The notes under the pieces are model-generated. The model saw nothing but the letters and a program-made list of their open reading frames with translations, was not told where the DNA came from and did not search any database. The translations under genes and the position numbers were made by a program. From Escherichia phage Henu8: 49,890 nucleotides of DNA. The DNA lies in sequence record NC_049853.1. The stretch is one strand, 5' to 3'. Shown one piece after another: positions 35,499 to 45,953 of the stretch (the stretch's first letter is position 1; every line of letters starts with the position of its first letter).

Positions 35499-37799
35499 TT
35501 AACTCTCAAGAGTTGTTGGCTTGTTGATCAATGCAGAAACAACCGCTTTCAGTTCTGCAACCTCCTTTTCAAGTTTGCTTATGCGATCATCGCTTTCACG
35601 GCACACTTTCACCAGCAATCCAGTAACAGCGCCATAATCAACAGATAAGAATCTTTCCTCGCCAACTAACTGATTTCCATCCTTAGTTGGACCAGCAAGA
35701 TCCGTGTACTGAGTGAATCCGCCAACCGCTTCCGGTATTGCCTCCATTACTTCTTGAGCAATTACCCCAGCATAAGGTAAACCATTCTCCTTAAGCGTGT
35801 AAGTGTATCCGCTCATTTTGCGCAATGATTCAGTTGCGTTCTCAATCTCCTCAATGTTGTCCTTAAGATCTCTGTCAGATGCTTGATTGAATGCTGTCGC
35901 ATTTACATGGCCGTTAACTTGAAGATACTTTGAGTTATCTTTATTTAACTGACAGTAAAAACCCCACCCAGGGCCGTTATCGAAAGACCACTCAATAACT
36001 GACGGTCGATCGTTACCGTTCCCCCACAATGAGAAGGTTGCAGGATTTGATGAGTTACCATCATTAAGCATTTTGAAATACTTGCCACTCGGTCGGTCGA
36101 TCTCCAAGCTAGACGCCTGGATATATGCTTTTCCCGCAAAGTTCTTAGTCCCCAGCACAACCCCGTCGGTGTGCAATTCAACCTTAGAGGACGTAATATC
36201 GTTCAGGAACAGTGCGCTAGTACCGGTGTCCTTCCCTAAAAACCAAAGACGTGTTCCTGCTGAGTTGTACCCTGTTACGTGCAGTGGTTGGTTGTTTGTT
36301 GACGCTGTTCCGTCGATCCGGAAGCCACCATTAGCGGTTGTAACTTTAATGCTGGGTACGGTCATAGCAAATGTGCCACTGGCTGCAAGACCGTTATACG
36401 CGATCAGCTTGTTGTCATATGCAATCTCACCATTGTCCCTTAATTGCAAGAATTTATTAGATACTGAGTTGGAAACAGATACATCATTAGGCCATGTGCG
36501 AAGAACTGCGCGCTTTCCGTTCCCTCTAGCCTCCACCGAAGAGCCAGCAACAACATTGTTACCAATAATTTCACCACCAAAAGAAACGTCTCCGCCTGGA
36601 GTGAGTAACATGCATCTTTTGATCAGCGCTGAATTGTTTCTATAAGAATAGATCGCGTAATTCGGGCCATAAAAGCCAGCCCTAAAACCAGGTTGACCGT
36701 CAGCGGATAGGTAAACAGTCCAGCAACCACTACTAGATTCATCCGACGAACGTTGAATTTTTACCGCGTCTTGACTTCCTTTGAATAATTGAGAGCCAAC
36801 AAAAGTGTTTGAAACATTTAGACCAGGAGCATCAAGATTCTTTCTTGCTCCAGGAGCATTTTTCGCACCTGTTCCACCTTTATTTATTGGCAAAGCTACA
36901 TCAGATTTCGATGTAGAATCCCACATCCCCCAATCGCCATTATTTTTTACGAAAATCCGCTTTGTTCCATCAGCACTTGAAACAACAGTTTCACCATTTA
37001 CATCATTGCCTTGCAATAATCTGTCTACGCTTAGGTTTTTTCTTGCTTCACCTTTATCTTCGACATCGCTAAGGTTGTTGTTTTTGTTAAGAATATTTGC
37101 AGGATTTATGCTATCTGCATATTCTTTCGCCTTATCTTCAGAAGCCTTAGCGGCATTTTTTGAATCCAGAGCATCAGAAGCAGATCTTGCAGCTTCGCTC
37201 TTGCTTGCATTGGCTGAATTCTCTGAATTTTTGGCATTTGTCTCCGACGTCTTTGCTGCATTCTGAGAAGCGAGCGCAGCATCCTGAGAATTTTTAGCGG
37301 CATTCTTGCTTGCATTGGCTGCATTTTCAGATGCTTTAGCGTTAGTCTCCGATGCTTTAGAGTTTGTCTCCGAAGTCTTTGCGGCGGCAGCGCTTTGTTT
37401 TGCTGATTCAGCGCCTTGCTTGACTTGATTTACAAGATCTTTCAATCCTTCAAGATCAAAGTCTCTAAAAAATTCAATTGCATCCGCGATCTCTGTTTCT
37501 TTGCTTTGATAGTAACGCAATGTTTCAGCTACATCTTGAGCAAGACCATCAACAGTTATTGAGTCATGAAGTAAGATCGCGTAATTTGAACGGGTAACTA
37601 CCGCGCCACCAGTTGTAATTGCACGAATGCTTGTATCGTTAATAACTTCAGTTATCACGGCAATCTGCAACGGCTGAGTTAAAAATACAATAGTTGCACC
37701 AGGGCGAATGAGCGTTAGTTGCTCTCGCCATTTTGTGTCGTATCCAGTGATATAACCTTGCGCGTCCATTGACGCTTGTCCTGTTCTGTAAATTGCCAT
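35499..37799 (-). CDS. tail fibre protein with C-terminal intramolecular chaperone (S74-like) domain
   Basis: Trimmed to ATG 37799 (GGAGA SD); Ala/Ser/Asn-rich tandem repeats ([22 protein letters not shown]...); C-terminal [15 protein letters not shown]...[17 protein letters not shown]. Confidence 0.75.
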   Translation of the reverse strand: MAIYRTGQASMDAQGYITGYDTKWREQLTLIRPGATIVFLTQPLQIAVITEVINDTSIRAITTGGAVVTRSNYAILLHDSITVDGLAQDVAETLRYYQSKETEIADAIEFFRDFDLEGLKDLVNQVKQGAESAKQSAAAAKTSETNSKASETNAKASENAANASKNAAKNSQDAALASQNAAKTSETNAKNSENSANASKSEAARSASDALDSKNAAKASEDKAKEYADSINPANILNKNNNLSDVEDKGEARKNLSVDRLLQGNDVNGETVVSSADGTKRIFVKNNGDWGMWDSTSKSDVALPINKGGTGAKNAPGARKNLDAPGLNVSNTFVGSQLFKGSQDAVKIQRSSDESSSGCWTVYLSADGQPGFRAGFYGPNYAIYSYRNNSALIKRCMLLTPGGDVSFGGEIIGNNVVAGSSVEARGNGKRAVLRTWPNDVSVSNSVSNKFLQLRDNGEIAYDNKLIAYNGLAASGTFAMTVPSIKVTTANGGFRIDGTASTNNQPLHVTGYNSAGTRLWFLGKDTGTSALFLNDITSSKVELHTDGVVLGTKNFAGKAYIQASSLEIDRPSGKYFKMLNDGNSSNPATFSLWGNGNDRPSVIEWSFDNGPGWGFYCQLNKDNSKYLQVNGHVNATAFNQASDRDLKDNIEEIENATESLRKMSGYTYTLKENGLPYAGVIAQEVMEAIPEAVGGFTQYTDLAGPTKDGNQLVGEERFLSVDYGAVTGLLVKVCRESDDRISKLEKEVAELKAVVSALINKPTTLES

Positions 37800-37860
37800 G
37801 CGCTTTCTCCAATGTTGCATGTTAATGTCAATGAAGATAATAGCATTTGCTAAGGCCAAA

Positions 37861-37883
37861 AAAAACCCCGCAATGCGGGGTAA
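37861..37883 (-). terminator. rho-independent terminator after primase gene
   Basis: Minus strand: CCCCGC-ATT-GCGGGG hairpin followed by T8. Confidence 0.65.
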
Positions 37884-37897
37884 AGTAGCAGTGACAT

Positions 37898-38830
37898 TTA
37901 GAGAATTGATTCAGGTTTGAAAACCTTCCTCTCTATCCCTTGCCTGTAATTATCATTAATCGGCATCATAATTTCAAGACCTCTTTCCTCTGCGGCAATG
38001 ATAGCGTCACGATCTGTGCTCTTACAGACAACTCGCATTCTTCTGTTGCCTTTATACCTGTAAGCCACAATCTCAATGTTAGTCGCATCAAAGCAGGCCC
38101 AAACCTCTTGACCAGTTGCAAGGTGAATATGTTGCGCATCAATCCAGTCAACGCAAAGATAGATAGTCTTATCTGTGCTTCCTGTTCTCACAACCGACCC
38201 GCGCGTGTAATCCTTAGCGAGAAAAGATTTATTTCCTTCTTCATCAATGAAAAGCACATTGCACATTTCATCATCAATCTCATCTGAGTGTACCAGGTAA
38301 CATGGCAACGCGTGAATGTATCGACCATCTTTAACGCCGCATTCATAATAACCATCTTCAGGCGGATATATCCCTTCATATGTACTTAACGGCGTGCGAT
38401 CAAATTTTAGTGTTTTTGACATAACGCGCTCGCAGCATTCATGGCTTGCCTGTTTCCCAAACGAATAACCAGAATCACGAGATACTCGCTTATTTGCCTT
38501 GATCCTATAGTCCTGAGGAACTTTTCCAAGAAAGCGGCCCAAAATATTGATCACTTCGCCGTAAGGTTCTCCGGTTAGCTTCATGATCCAACCAATTCCA
38601 GTATCGTTTCCGCACACATTGCAGATAGCGCCGCCGTCGCCTTTTTTATCTCCAAGTTTATCAGTCCATCTAAAGCGATCCTTTCCGCCGCAGTGTGGGC
38701 AAGATTGATGCTTGCCGTTAAAAACTTCATTTGGAAGACCGCAAATACTTTGTAGCGCCTCACGCCATAATCCCTGCATATATGGGAGAACATCTTCCTT
38801 TTGATAAACCATAAAGTTTTCGTTGTTCAT
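37898..38830 (-). CDS. putative DNA primase (zinc-ribbon)
   Basis: Trimmed to ATG 38830; CPHCGG...CNVCG zinc ribbon near N-terminus; position adjacent to the helicase. Confidence 0.5.
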   Translation of the reverse strand: MNNENFMVYQKEDVLPYMQGLWREALQSICGLPNEVFNGKHQSCPHCGGKDRFRWTDKLGDKKGDGGAICNVCGNDTGIGWIMKLTGEPYGEVINILGRFLGKVPQDYRIKANKRVSRDSGYSFGKQASHECCERVMSKTLKFDRTPLSTYEGIYPPEDGYYECGVKDGRYIHALPCYLVHSDEIDDEMCNVLFIDEEGNKSFLAKDYTRGSVVRTGSTDKTIYLCVDWIDAQHIHLATGQEVWACFDATNIEIVAYRYKGNRRMRVVCKSTDRDAIIAAEERGLEIMMPINDNYRQGIERKVFKPESIL

Positions 38831-38885
38831 ATGCACCTCAAACAAAAAAGCCTGACAGATGATAACATCATGCCAGGCATTGTTT

Positions 38886-39359
38886 TTAGCAATTAGTGCT
38901 TTCAGGTTTATACAGGAATCCGCCAGGCTCATAATCTGACATTCTTACCACTCGCAACATTTCACGCTTATCACATCTCTTTGTGAGCGGTTTGCCATTG
39001 GAATCAAATCGCAGATCTGGACGGCAGAATGACGCGCGATAGCCTTGACAGCCATACTTTTTGTAATCGTTATGCACCTTTTGAGCGCCAGCGGCTGAAA
39101 TCATACCGCGAACTCGCCACTGATTTACAGTTTGCTGGCTAACGTTAAGACGTTTTGCCATTGCTGACACACTTCCGTAATACTCAATAAGGATGTCAAG
39201 TCTCGCTTTTAGTCCGGCGCGCACTTCATCTTTTAAAACATAGTATCCAGTAGGGCGCTTGCGCTTCTTCTTATCTTTACCCCGTCGAGTTCCGTTATTG
39301 CCATTAATTGTGCGCTTGTCAATCTTGCCAGTTGATACTGCGATTCGCTGTTCTTTCAT
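38886..39359 (-). CDS. HTH DNA-binding protein
   Basis: 157 aa; GGAGA SD; helix-turn-helix-like AKRLNVSQQTVNQW; basic Lys/Arg-rich N-terminus. Confidence 0.55.
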   Translation of the reverse strand: MKEQRIAVSTGKIDKRTINGNNGTRRGKDKKKRKRPTGYYVLKDEVRAGLKARLDILIEYYGSVSAMAKRLNVSQQTVNQWRVRGMISAAGAQKVHNDYKKYGCQGYRASFCRPDLRFDSNGKPLTKRCDKREMLRVVRMSDYEPGGFLYKPESTNC

Positions 39360-39372
39360 TACTCATTCTCCA

Positions 39373-39415
39373 ATAGCATTTTTTGTTAAACGATGATTTA
39401 ATGATTGTGTATTAT
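39373..39415 (+). promoter_or_regulatory. conserved phage promoter motif + -10 (TATTAT), divergent region
   Basis: ATAGCATTTTTTGTTAAAC, 18-nt spacer, TATTAT 39410-39415. Confidence 0.5.
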
Positions 39416-39448
39416 ACACGCCAAATGGCATTACTCAAAGGTTTTAGA

Positions 39449-41488
39449 ATGATTCCAAACATTGAAAAGCAAATATCAGCACTTGGTGAAGCGGTAATTA
39501 AATCCATTCAGGAGCGATTCACTGTTGGCGATATTGTGCCTTACCCTTACCAGTGCGTTGCATACGCTGAGATCGCAAGGCGTATGAAAAATTATGAGCA
39601 TCCATTCTTTGTTAAAGCGTCCGTATCGGCTGGCAAAACATTGATGTTTGCAATGGTTGCTCACCAGTGCCGGAAAATGGGATTGAAAATGATGGTCCTT
39701 GCTCGCCAGGCTGAGATTGTGGATCAGGATTCTGAAGAGATAACAAATCTTGGAGTGCCGAACTCCATCTATTGTGCAGGACTGAAGACAAAAAGCGCAT
39801 ACTTTCCGATCGTTGTTGGTTCTGAGGGAACTGTAGTTAATGGGCTGTTTAAAGCGCTTGGCGACTATGTTCCGCACGTTATCGGTATTGACGAGTGTCA
39901 CCAGGTGGATTGGGAAGATCTTGCCGACGCAATAGAGAAAGACGAATCATTTTTACAAATGACGACGAAGAAAGGCGAAAAAGTACCAAATCCAGATTAT
40001 GACATAACGAGCGATAACGAATGCAAAGAGTTCCTGATTGGTGAGGATGGCTTGCCAATGGAGGGAACAGGCCGCACACAATACACTGTCATTATCATGG
40101 AAATGATGCGCCGCTGCCGGAAAACATATGGTCATGAACTGCGCATATTTGGAATGACTGGATCGGAGTTTCGCGGCTTAGTCCCGATCTTGGTGGAAGA
40201 CAAAAAACAGAAAGGATTCTGGCGTGAACAGGTTACTAATATTGACACCAACTACCTGATCAAATTCGGTTCTGTTGTGCCAACAAATTTTGGCGACGTT
40301 GGCGATCTAGGGTATGACCTTTCAGAGTTTGAGGCATCCAGTGAGGATGGAGTTGCAGACTTTGACGCTAAAACGCTTCGCAGGATGGAACAAAAAATTC
40401 ATGAAGAAGCTACCATGACAAAGCGCATCATGGCGAAAGTTCACGAGATCTGTAAAAAACGCAACGGCGTACTTGTGACATGTGCAGGAGAAAGGCATTG
40501 CAAAGAGGCAGCGGCATCATTGCCACCTGGAACGACTTACAGGATCATTACTGGTAAGACTGGCGACAACCAGCGCAAGGAGTGGTTGAAAGAAGCATAC
40601 GAGGGAAAGGTAAAATACATCTTCCAGGTTCAGGCGCTAACTACTGGCGTTAACGTGCCGTTTTGGGATACGTCTGTTATTCTGCGTAAGATTGGATCGC
40701 TAACTTTGCTGATTCAGCTTTTAGGACGCGGAATGCGACTTCTTAAGAAATGGCATAAGGAACAAGGATTCAAGAAAGATGATCACCTTGTTATGGATTT
40801 TTCAGGAACGATGGACGAGTTAGGTGAGCTTTATTTTGACCCGATACTGGAACAGGCGCAACATCAGAAGCGATTCAGGAACGGTAAAGATCCGAAGCCT
40901 TGTCCTGTTTGTGGAACTCTTAACAGCTATTATGCTCGTCGTTGTATGCACGTAGACGAAAACGGCAACAGATGCGAGTGGTTCTTTAAATTCAGGACAT
41001 GTGATGATCAGATTGACCCGCGCACTAAAAAGATTATTCATCGAGGCTGTGGAACTAAAAATGATATTGCGGCCAGGGTGTGCAGACATTGCGACATGTC
41101 ATTGATTGACCCTAACGAGAAGTTAAGCGGAAAGCACTACACAAAAAACGACTGGTTCCAGGTGCAATCTTTCTCGGTTGACATGACGAAAAACCAGAAA
41201 GGGATAATATTTAATTATGAGCTTTCCGATGGCATAGACACTTTCAGGGCGAGAGAGATATTTTTCCCTGAATCTGAGAGCCAAATTTGCCGCGCAAAAT
41301 GGCGAAGCGTTGCTCTTAAGCACATACCAGATCGCCGTGTTGCTGGCATGGTGGCGAGCTATCGTAATGCACGTAAAATCATGCAATATGTGAATCACAT
41401 CATGCCACCATCGCGTGTAACTCACCGCAAGACTAGCAAGGGTGAAGATAATTTGTACAAGAAGGACTTTAATTATGGCAATGACTGA
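39449..41488 (+). CDS. ATP-dependent helicase (SF2, DECH box) with C-terminal zinc-ribbon region
   Basis: Trimmed to ATG 39449; Walker A-like SVSAGKT, DECH motif, C-terminal CPVCG...C...CEW...C...C..C..CRHC cysteine cluster. Confidence 0.7.
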   Translation: MIPNIEKQISALGEAVIKSIQERFTVGDIVPYPYQCVAYAEIARRMKNYEHPFFVKASVSAGKTLMFAMVAHQCRKMGLKMMVLARQAEIVDQDSEEITNLGVPNSIYCAGLKTKSAYFPIVVGSEGTVVNGLFKALGDYVPHVIGIDECHQVDWEDLADAIEKDESFLQMTTKKGEKVPNPDYDITSDNECKEFLIGEDGLPMEGTGRTQYTVIIMEMMRRCRKTYGHELRIFGMTGSEFRGLVPILVEDKKQKGFWREQVTNIDTNYLIKFGSVVPTNFGDVGDLGYDLSEFEASSEDGVADFDAKTLRRMEQKIHEEATMTKRIMAKVHEICKKRNGVLVTCAGERHCKEAAASLPPGTTYRIITGKTGDNQRKEWLKEAYEGKVKYIFQVQALTTGVNVPFWDTSVILRKIGSLTLLIQLLGRGMRLLKKWHKEQGFKKDDHLVMDFSGTMDELGELYFDPILEQAQHQKRFRNGKDPKPCPVCGTLNSYYARRCMHVDENGNRCEWFFKFRTCDDQIDPRTKKIIHRGCGTKNDIAARVCRHCDMSLIDPNEKLSGKHYTKNDWFQVQSFSVDMTKNQKGIIFNYELSDGIDTFRAREIFFPESESQICRAKWRSVALKHIPDRRVAGMVASYRNARKIMQYVNHIMPPSRVTHRKTSKGEDNLYKKDFNYGND

Positions 41489-41894
41489 TAAAGGCGATTA
41501 TCTGGAGTTTTACGAAAGAGATCCGACGGATACGCTAAAGGAGGAATCACACCAGATCGGGGCGTTTCAATGGTTAACTTATGCTCATCATGAATTGCTG
41601 GCATGGCATACGAAAAACGAGGGTGACAAGGGGATCGCCACCGCAATGATGGATCAGCAAGCCGGACTCGTTAAGGGCGTAAGTGATTTTATCATCCTGA
41701 TTGGATTAAAAGGCCGTTACCCTTTCGCGGCTATTGAGATGAAACGCGTCAATAAGTCTGGCAAGGGAAAGGCTTCACCAGTCAGCAAGGATCAAAAAGC
41801 CTTCTTGCGCCGCGTGCGTGAGCTTGGCGGATTCGCTGCCGTAACATACGGATACAAGCAATTTATGATCGCGGTCGAATACATGATGAAATAG
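41475..41894 (+). CDS. VRR-NUC-type nuclease (PD-(D/E)XK)
   Basis: Trimmed to ATG 41475; ...VSDFIILIG...AAIEMKR... (D...E-x-K) core. Confidence 0.55.
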   Translation: MAMTDKGDYLEFYERDPTDTLKEESHQIGAFQWLTYAHHELLAWHTKNEGDKGIATAMMDQQAGLVKGVSDFIILIGLKGRYPFAAIEMKRVNKSGKGKASPVSKDQKAFLRRVRELGGFAAVTYGYKQFMIAVEYMMK

Positions 41895-41934
41895 CACTTT
41901 TTGTTAAAACAGGCGCGAAGGATTGCGCCATAAT
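41891..41934 (+). promoter_or_regulatory. conserved phage promoter motif + -10 (CATAAT)
   Basis: AAATAGCACTTTTTGTTAAAAC with stop TAG embedded; 18-nt spacer with inverted repeat GGCGC..GCGCC; CATAAT 41929-41934. Confidence 0.55.
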
Positions 41935-41968
41935 AACACCAGTTCAACAGGCAACAGGTAATTAAGAA

Positions 41969-42670
41969 ATGAGTAAAGAAACTGAAGTGACATTTGAACA
42001 AATAGAACGAGAAACATTCATTGGCAATGCTCTTGCTACTGGAGGCCATTACCAGGCCGTTAAACCAAATCAATATTATAAAGTCACTGGCAACCGCTAT
42101 AACGGCAGCAATACGCCGGACGTTGTGCGAGATTTGTGGTCTACGCCGTCTGAGCTTGTCGCATGGATGGAAATCGAATACGGTGATTATGACATCGACG
42201 CGGCGGCAAGCAAAGAAAATGCTGTATGTGAAAAATTCTACAGCAAGGAAACAAATTGCTTAAAGCGTTGGTGGGGTAGTAATAAGCATATATGGCTTAA
42301 TCCACCGTACAGCAATATTACGCCATTTGTTAAGAAGGCGATTGAGCAAATGGAGCACAACAACCAGATCGACATTCTGTTACCTTGCGACACATCGACA
42401 GGATGGTTTTATGAGGCACAACAGAAAGCAGCGGAAATAATCTGGATCACTGGCGAAGTTTACCAGGAGGACGGAACAGAATATTCCCGCACCGGACGCC
42501 TGGCGTTCACTTCAGCGCTTACAGGTAAACCAGTGCAGGGTAACAATAAAGGAAGCGTTATTTTCATCATGCGCGAACTTAAAGAAGGTGAGCAGCAGAA
42601 AACGCGATACGTTAAAATCAGCGACATTTGCCCTTCAGTGGCAGATCGTCGCGCACGGAAACGGAGCTAA
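41969..42670 (+). CDS. dam: DNA N6-adenine methyltransferase (phage Dam-type)
   Basis: 233 aa; NPPY catalytic motif (WLNPPYSN). Confidence 0.75.
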   Translation: MSKETEVTFEQIERETFIGNALATGGHYQAVKPNQYYKVTGNRYNGSNTPDVVRDLWSTPSELVAWMEIEYGDYDIDAAASKENAVCEKFYSKETNCLKRWWGSNKHIWLNPPYSNITPFVKKAIEQMEHNNQIDILLPCDTSTGWFYEAQQKAAEIIWITGEVYQEDGTEYSRTGRLAFTSALTGKPVQGNNKGSVIFIMRELKEGEQQKTRYVKISDICPSVADRRARKRS

Positions 42671-42674
42671 AACC

Positions 42675-42932
42675 ATGCAGAAAGAAAGAAGAGTTTTACT
42701 TAATGAATATGGCGAATTTCTTTTGTATCGCGCTATGGTATGCGATGCGCTTGATAAAAACCCCAACGTGAAAAAGATGATTGATTGCGATCCGTGGGAA
42801 TTTTCAAGCGCATTAGATATGAGCTTTGAGGAGACAAAAAAACTCCCGCTTGAAAAATGGAACGAGCAAATCAGAAATGACATGCAAGAATTTGTCGATT
42901 CGTGGAATTTTCAGCACGGAATGATCCACTAA
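42675..42932 (+). CDS. hypothetical protein (85 aa)
   Basis: ORF 42588..42932 trimmed to ATG 42675 just after the dam stop. Confidence 0.45.
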   Translation: MQKERRVLLNEYGEFLLYRAMVCDALDKNPNVKKMIDCDPWEFSSALDMSFEETKKLPLEKWNEQIRNDMQEFVDSWNFQHGMIH

Positions 42933-42975
42933 TAGCACTTTTTGTTAAAACGCCCGGCCTTGTGTCGGGCATAAT
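42932..42975 (+). promoter_or_regulatory. conserved phage promoter motif + -10 (CATAAT)
   Basis: TAATAGCACTTTTTGTTAAAAC with stop TAA embedded; 18-nt spacer; CATAAT 42970-42975. Confidence 0.55.
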
Positions 42976-43007
42976 TATTTCATCAAAACGAACAAGAGGA
43001 AAATAAA

Positions 43008-43187
43008 ATGGTTGTTTACGATCCACGCGCTTTTAAAATTGCTCAAGAAGTTTCACGCGAATCTGTTGCTGGCGGTTCGGTTAACGGCTATCAGTTTGAT
43101 TGGTCGGCAGCAATGACCTTGCTTAAGGTTGCATATGGTCACGCGCCAATTGAAACAGCGGAGGAATATTATAAGCATGAAGGTTGA
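43008..43187 (+). CDS. hypothetical protein (59 aa)
   Basis: Manual: AGAGGAAAA SD, ATG 43008, MVVYDPRAFKIAQEVSRESVAGGSVNGYQFDWSAAMTLLKVAYGHAPIETAEEYYKHEG; below ORF-track cutoff. Confidence 0.5.
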   Translation: MVVYDPRAFKIAQEVSRESVAGGSVNGYQFDWSAAMTLLKVAYGHAPIETAEEYYKHEG

Positions 43188-43419
43188 ACAAGGTAGGCAG
43201 GCCGTATGGGATCACGCAAAGGAGTGCGGGATCTCCGAAGACATAGCCAGGATAGCGAAATATTTTGATATTGCTGACATAAGCATTATCAGCGGAGACA
43301 AAATGACATTTCTCAATGAGCGACCGCGCAAGATGCATCGCGTACCTGCAATACCAACAAAGATTGATTTCAAAGAGGCTATGGCGAAAATTCGCGATCC
43401 GCGCAAATACTACAAATGA
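43177..43419 (+). CDS. hypothetical protein (80 aa)
   Basis: ORF 43129..43419 trimmed to ATG 43177 (GGAGGA SD); overlaps upstream stop. Confidence 0.5.
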   Translation: MKVEQGRQAVWDHAKECGISEDIARIAKYFDIADISIISGDKMTFLNERPRKMHRVPAIPTKIDFKEAMAKIRDPRKYYK

Positions 43420-43509
43420 GGATTATTATCATGTGGCGTTTGTTACTTTTGCCCTTACCTGTTATGATGGCGATCTCTATTGTATACGTTGTAATAATGA
43501 GAGCGTGAC

Positions 43510-43983
43510 ATGTGGAGTAAGATATTAAAATACGAAAATGGAATTTTAATCTGGAAGATTAAAACAAGAAAAGTGAATCCTGGAGATGTTGCTGGATGTA
43601 AAAATAGCAGGGGATATATAGTTTTTAACTATAAAGGGAAACAATATAGGGCGCACCGTGTTATTTGGCAAATTCACAACGGGGATATTCCGTCAAACAT
43701 GGAGATTGATCACATAAACCATGATAAAACTGACAACAGGATCGAAAATCTTAGGCTTGTTGATAGAACAGAAAACGGACGCAATCAGTCAAGGAGAAAT
43801 GACAATTCCAGTGGTTTTTGTGGTGTTCATTGGCACAAACCATTATCAAAATGGTGTGCAAGAATTAGGGTGAATGGTAAACTTGTGCATCTTGGATATT
43901 TTGATAAACTTGATGATGCAAAAATAGCAAGGATTGAAGCCAATAAAAAGTTTAACTTTCACGAAAATCACGGGGGAGAATAA
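43510..43983 (+). CDS. HNH homing endonuclease with AP2-like DNA-binding domain
   Basis: 157 aa; AHRVIWQIHNGDIPSNMEIDHINHDKTDNRIENLRLV (HNH core) then GVHWHKPLSKWCARIRVNGKLVHLGYFD (AP2-like); AT-rich coding sequence. Confidence 0.8.
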   Translation: MWSKILKYENGILIWKIKTRKVNPGDVAGCKNSRGYIVFNYKGKQYRAHRVIWQIHNGDIPSNMEIDHINHDKTDNRIENLRLVDRTENGRNQSRRNDNSSGFCGVHWHKPLSKWCARIRVNGKLVHLGYFDKLDDAKIARIEANKKFNFHENHGGE

Positions 43984-43988
43984 TTGCA

Positions 43989-45101
43989 ATGAAAATTAAA
44001 ATAAGCGATGAACAATTTATCAATGAGCGCAAGCAGGGAAAGACATATAAGCAGATCGCTAATGAGTATGGCATGAACGTTCGCAGCATTGAGCGACGAG
44101 CGGCACGATTAGCAAAGCAAGGTAAAGTTACAACCATCGGATCGCCTGGTTTTGGTGTTACTGGAGAATCAAAGCTAATTGATAAAGATGGCAATGTGGT
44201 TATGACATGGATTAAGACAAGTAAGGACCGCGAACAGTTAGAAGCATTAATGCAGGCCGCTATGGATGCATTTAGCGAAGAAGTTCCTAGACTTGATCCG
44301 CAACCAGAATCAAAAAAGGATTATAGCGAGACGTTATCACTGTATCCGATCTTTGATATGCACTTGGGCGCAATGGCGCATAAGCATGAATGCGGCGAGA
44401 ATTGGGATACAGCAACAGCAGAGCGCGTAATGAATAATTTCATTGATTATTCCATCCAGTGCGCGCCGGATAGTGAAAAGGCTGTTTTGCTGATTGGTGG
44501 TGACATGCTGCATAGTGACGGCTTGGAAGCAGTGACACCTGCAAGCGGTCACGTATTGGATCAAGATAGTCGATACGCAAAACTTGTTTATGTTGCCATA
44601 CGGTCAGTGCGTAGAGCAATTACAAAGCTGTTATCAAAACACAAAAACGTCGAGATTCAGATCATTGAAGGCAACCACGACCAAAGCGGCATGATCTGGT
44701 TGCGCGCAGCAATGGCGGCAGCATATGAGAATGAGCCGCGAGTGCATGTTGATGTTTCTCCGCGAGTAGTTCATCACACACAATATGGCAAAACATTCCT
44801 GGCATACCATCATGGGCATACTATCCGCAAGCCTGAAACATTACTAATGATGTGCGCGGCAGACTGGCGCGAAGACTTCGGAAATTCAAAAATGATGTAT
44901 GCTCACGTAGGGCACTGGCATCATCAGACAGTAACTGAAACAAGCCTTGGTATTGTTGAAGTGCATAGCACTATGGCGGCAAAAGATGCATATGCGGCGC
45001 GCGGTGGATGGCGTTCTCGTCGCCGTGCGGCTGTTATTGTTTATGATAAAGAATACGGAGAAGTAGGGCGATTTATGCATTATCCAGAAATGGCTGGTTG
45101 A
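43989..45101 (+). CDS. calcineurin-like metallophosphoesterase with N-terminal HTH
   Basis: 370 aa; GGDMLH ... GNHD ... GHWHH metallophosphatase motifs; N-terminal KTYKQIANEYGMNVRSIERR HTH-like. Confidence 0.65.
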   Translation: MKIKISDEQFINERKQGKTYKQIANEYGMNVRSIERRAARLAKQGKVTTIGSPGFGVTGESKLIDKDGNVVMTWIKTSKDREQLEALMQAAMDAFSEEVPRLDPQPESKKDYSETLSLYPIFDMHLGAMAHKHECGENWDTATAERVMNNFIDYSIQCAPDSEKAVLLIGGDMLHSDGLEAVTPASGHVLDQDSRYAKLVYVAIRSVRRAITKLLSKHKNVEIQIIEGNHDQSGMIWLRAAMAAAYENEPRVHVDVSPRVVHHTQYGKTFLAYHHGHTIRKPETLLMMCAADWREDFGNSKMMYAHVGHWHHQTVTETSLGIVEVHSTMAAKDAYAARGGWRSRRRAAVIVYDKEYGEVGRFMHYPEMAG

Positions 45102-45144
45102 ACTTTTAATCATTAAAATATAAATATAAATCATCAATTTAATT

Positions 45145-45176
45145 GGGCGTGGCATTTTGCTTCGCCCTTTTTTTAT
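45145..45176 (+). terminator. rho-independent terminator before lysis cassette
   Basis: GGGCG-N13-CGCCC hairpin followed by T7. Confidence 0.55.
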
Positions 45177-45247
45177 TCCTTTTTGTGCGTTCAATGGTTA
45201 GGATACAATCAATTAATTGTTGACTTTTATATACAGGAGATCTAATC

Positions 45248-45463
45248 ATGAAAGATTTTTTAAACGCTGCAACTTCCGGCACTGGCGGCGCGTCAATCAC
45301 TGGCGCGGTAACTGGTCAAACAACCATTGCAATAGCCAGCTTCGTTTTGATGGCTGCATTTGGTATGTGGGGCGCTTATCTTCGCTGGCGTGATAGTAAG
45401 GCGCTACGTGACGCGCTTGAATGCGGTGATATTAAGAAAGCTATTGAGATCAGAGGTAAATAA
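45248..45463 (+). CDS. holin
   Basis: 71 aa; AGGAG SD; hydrophobic core with charged C-terminus; directly upstream of the endolysin. Confidence 0.65.
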   Translation: MKDFLNAATSGTGGASITGAVTGQTTIAIASFVLMAAFGMWGAYLRWRDSKALRDALECGDIKKAIEIRGK

Positions 45464-45951
45464 TGAGTATAAAACAAAGAGTGACCGCTGCGGCTTTTGG
45501 CGTTGCTCTTGCCCTTACTTCTCCGCTACTGGAGGAAATAGAAGGAGTAAAACATAAGCCTTACAAAGATATTGCTGGGATATGGACGGTTTGCGCCGGA
45601 ATAACTGGACCTGACGTAATACCAGGCAAAACGTACACACAAAGAGAGTGCGATGCGCTACTGGCAAAGCATATCAAGATCGCAAAGGATGAAGTTGATA
45701 AACGTGTGAAGGTTGACATTCCTGATACAATGCGCGCGGCGATGTATTCATTCACATACAATGCTGGCACTGGTGCTTTTAGAAATTCAACTATGCTTAA
45801 GCTGATTAATAACGGTCGTTATATGGAAGCGTGCAATCAGTTATGGCGATGGACAAAATACACCAATCCAAAAACAGGAAAGAAAGAAACGTCTAAAGGA
45901 CTGCGCAACCGCCGCGCGGTGGAATTTAAATATTGCATTAAGGATCTGTAA
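45463..45951 (+). CDS. endolysin (lysozyme-like muramidase), possible SAR N-terminus
   Basis: 162 aa; E-x8-D-x5-T catalytic triad spacing ([19 protein letters not shown]); N-terminal Gly/Ala-rich weakly hydrophobic segment [17 protein letters not shown]. Confidence 0.8.
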   Translation: MSIKQRVTAAAFGVALALTSPLLEEIEGVKHKPYKDIAGIWTVCAGITGPDVIPGKTYTQRECDALLAKHIKIAKDEVDKRVKVDIPDTMRAAMYSFTYNAGTGAFRNSTMLKLINNGRYMEACNQLWRWTKYTNPKTGKKETSKGLRNRRAVEFKYCIKDL

Positions 45952-45953
45952 TC

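Noticed and set aside
36073-37266. Plus-strand ORFs 36073..36645 and 36805..37266
   Set aside because: Lie antisense within the minus-strand tail fibre gene, which has a recognisable C-terminal chaperone domain and a good start context; the plus-strand translations are Pro/Ala/Leu/Ser-rich with no SD.
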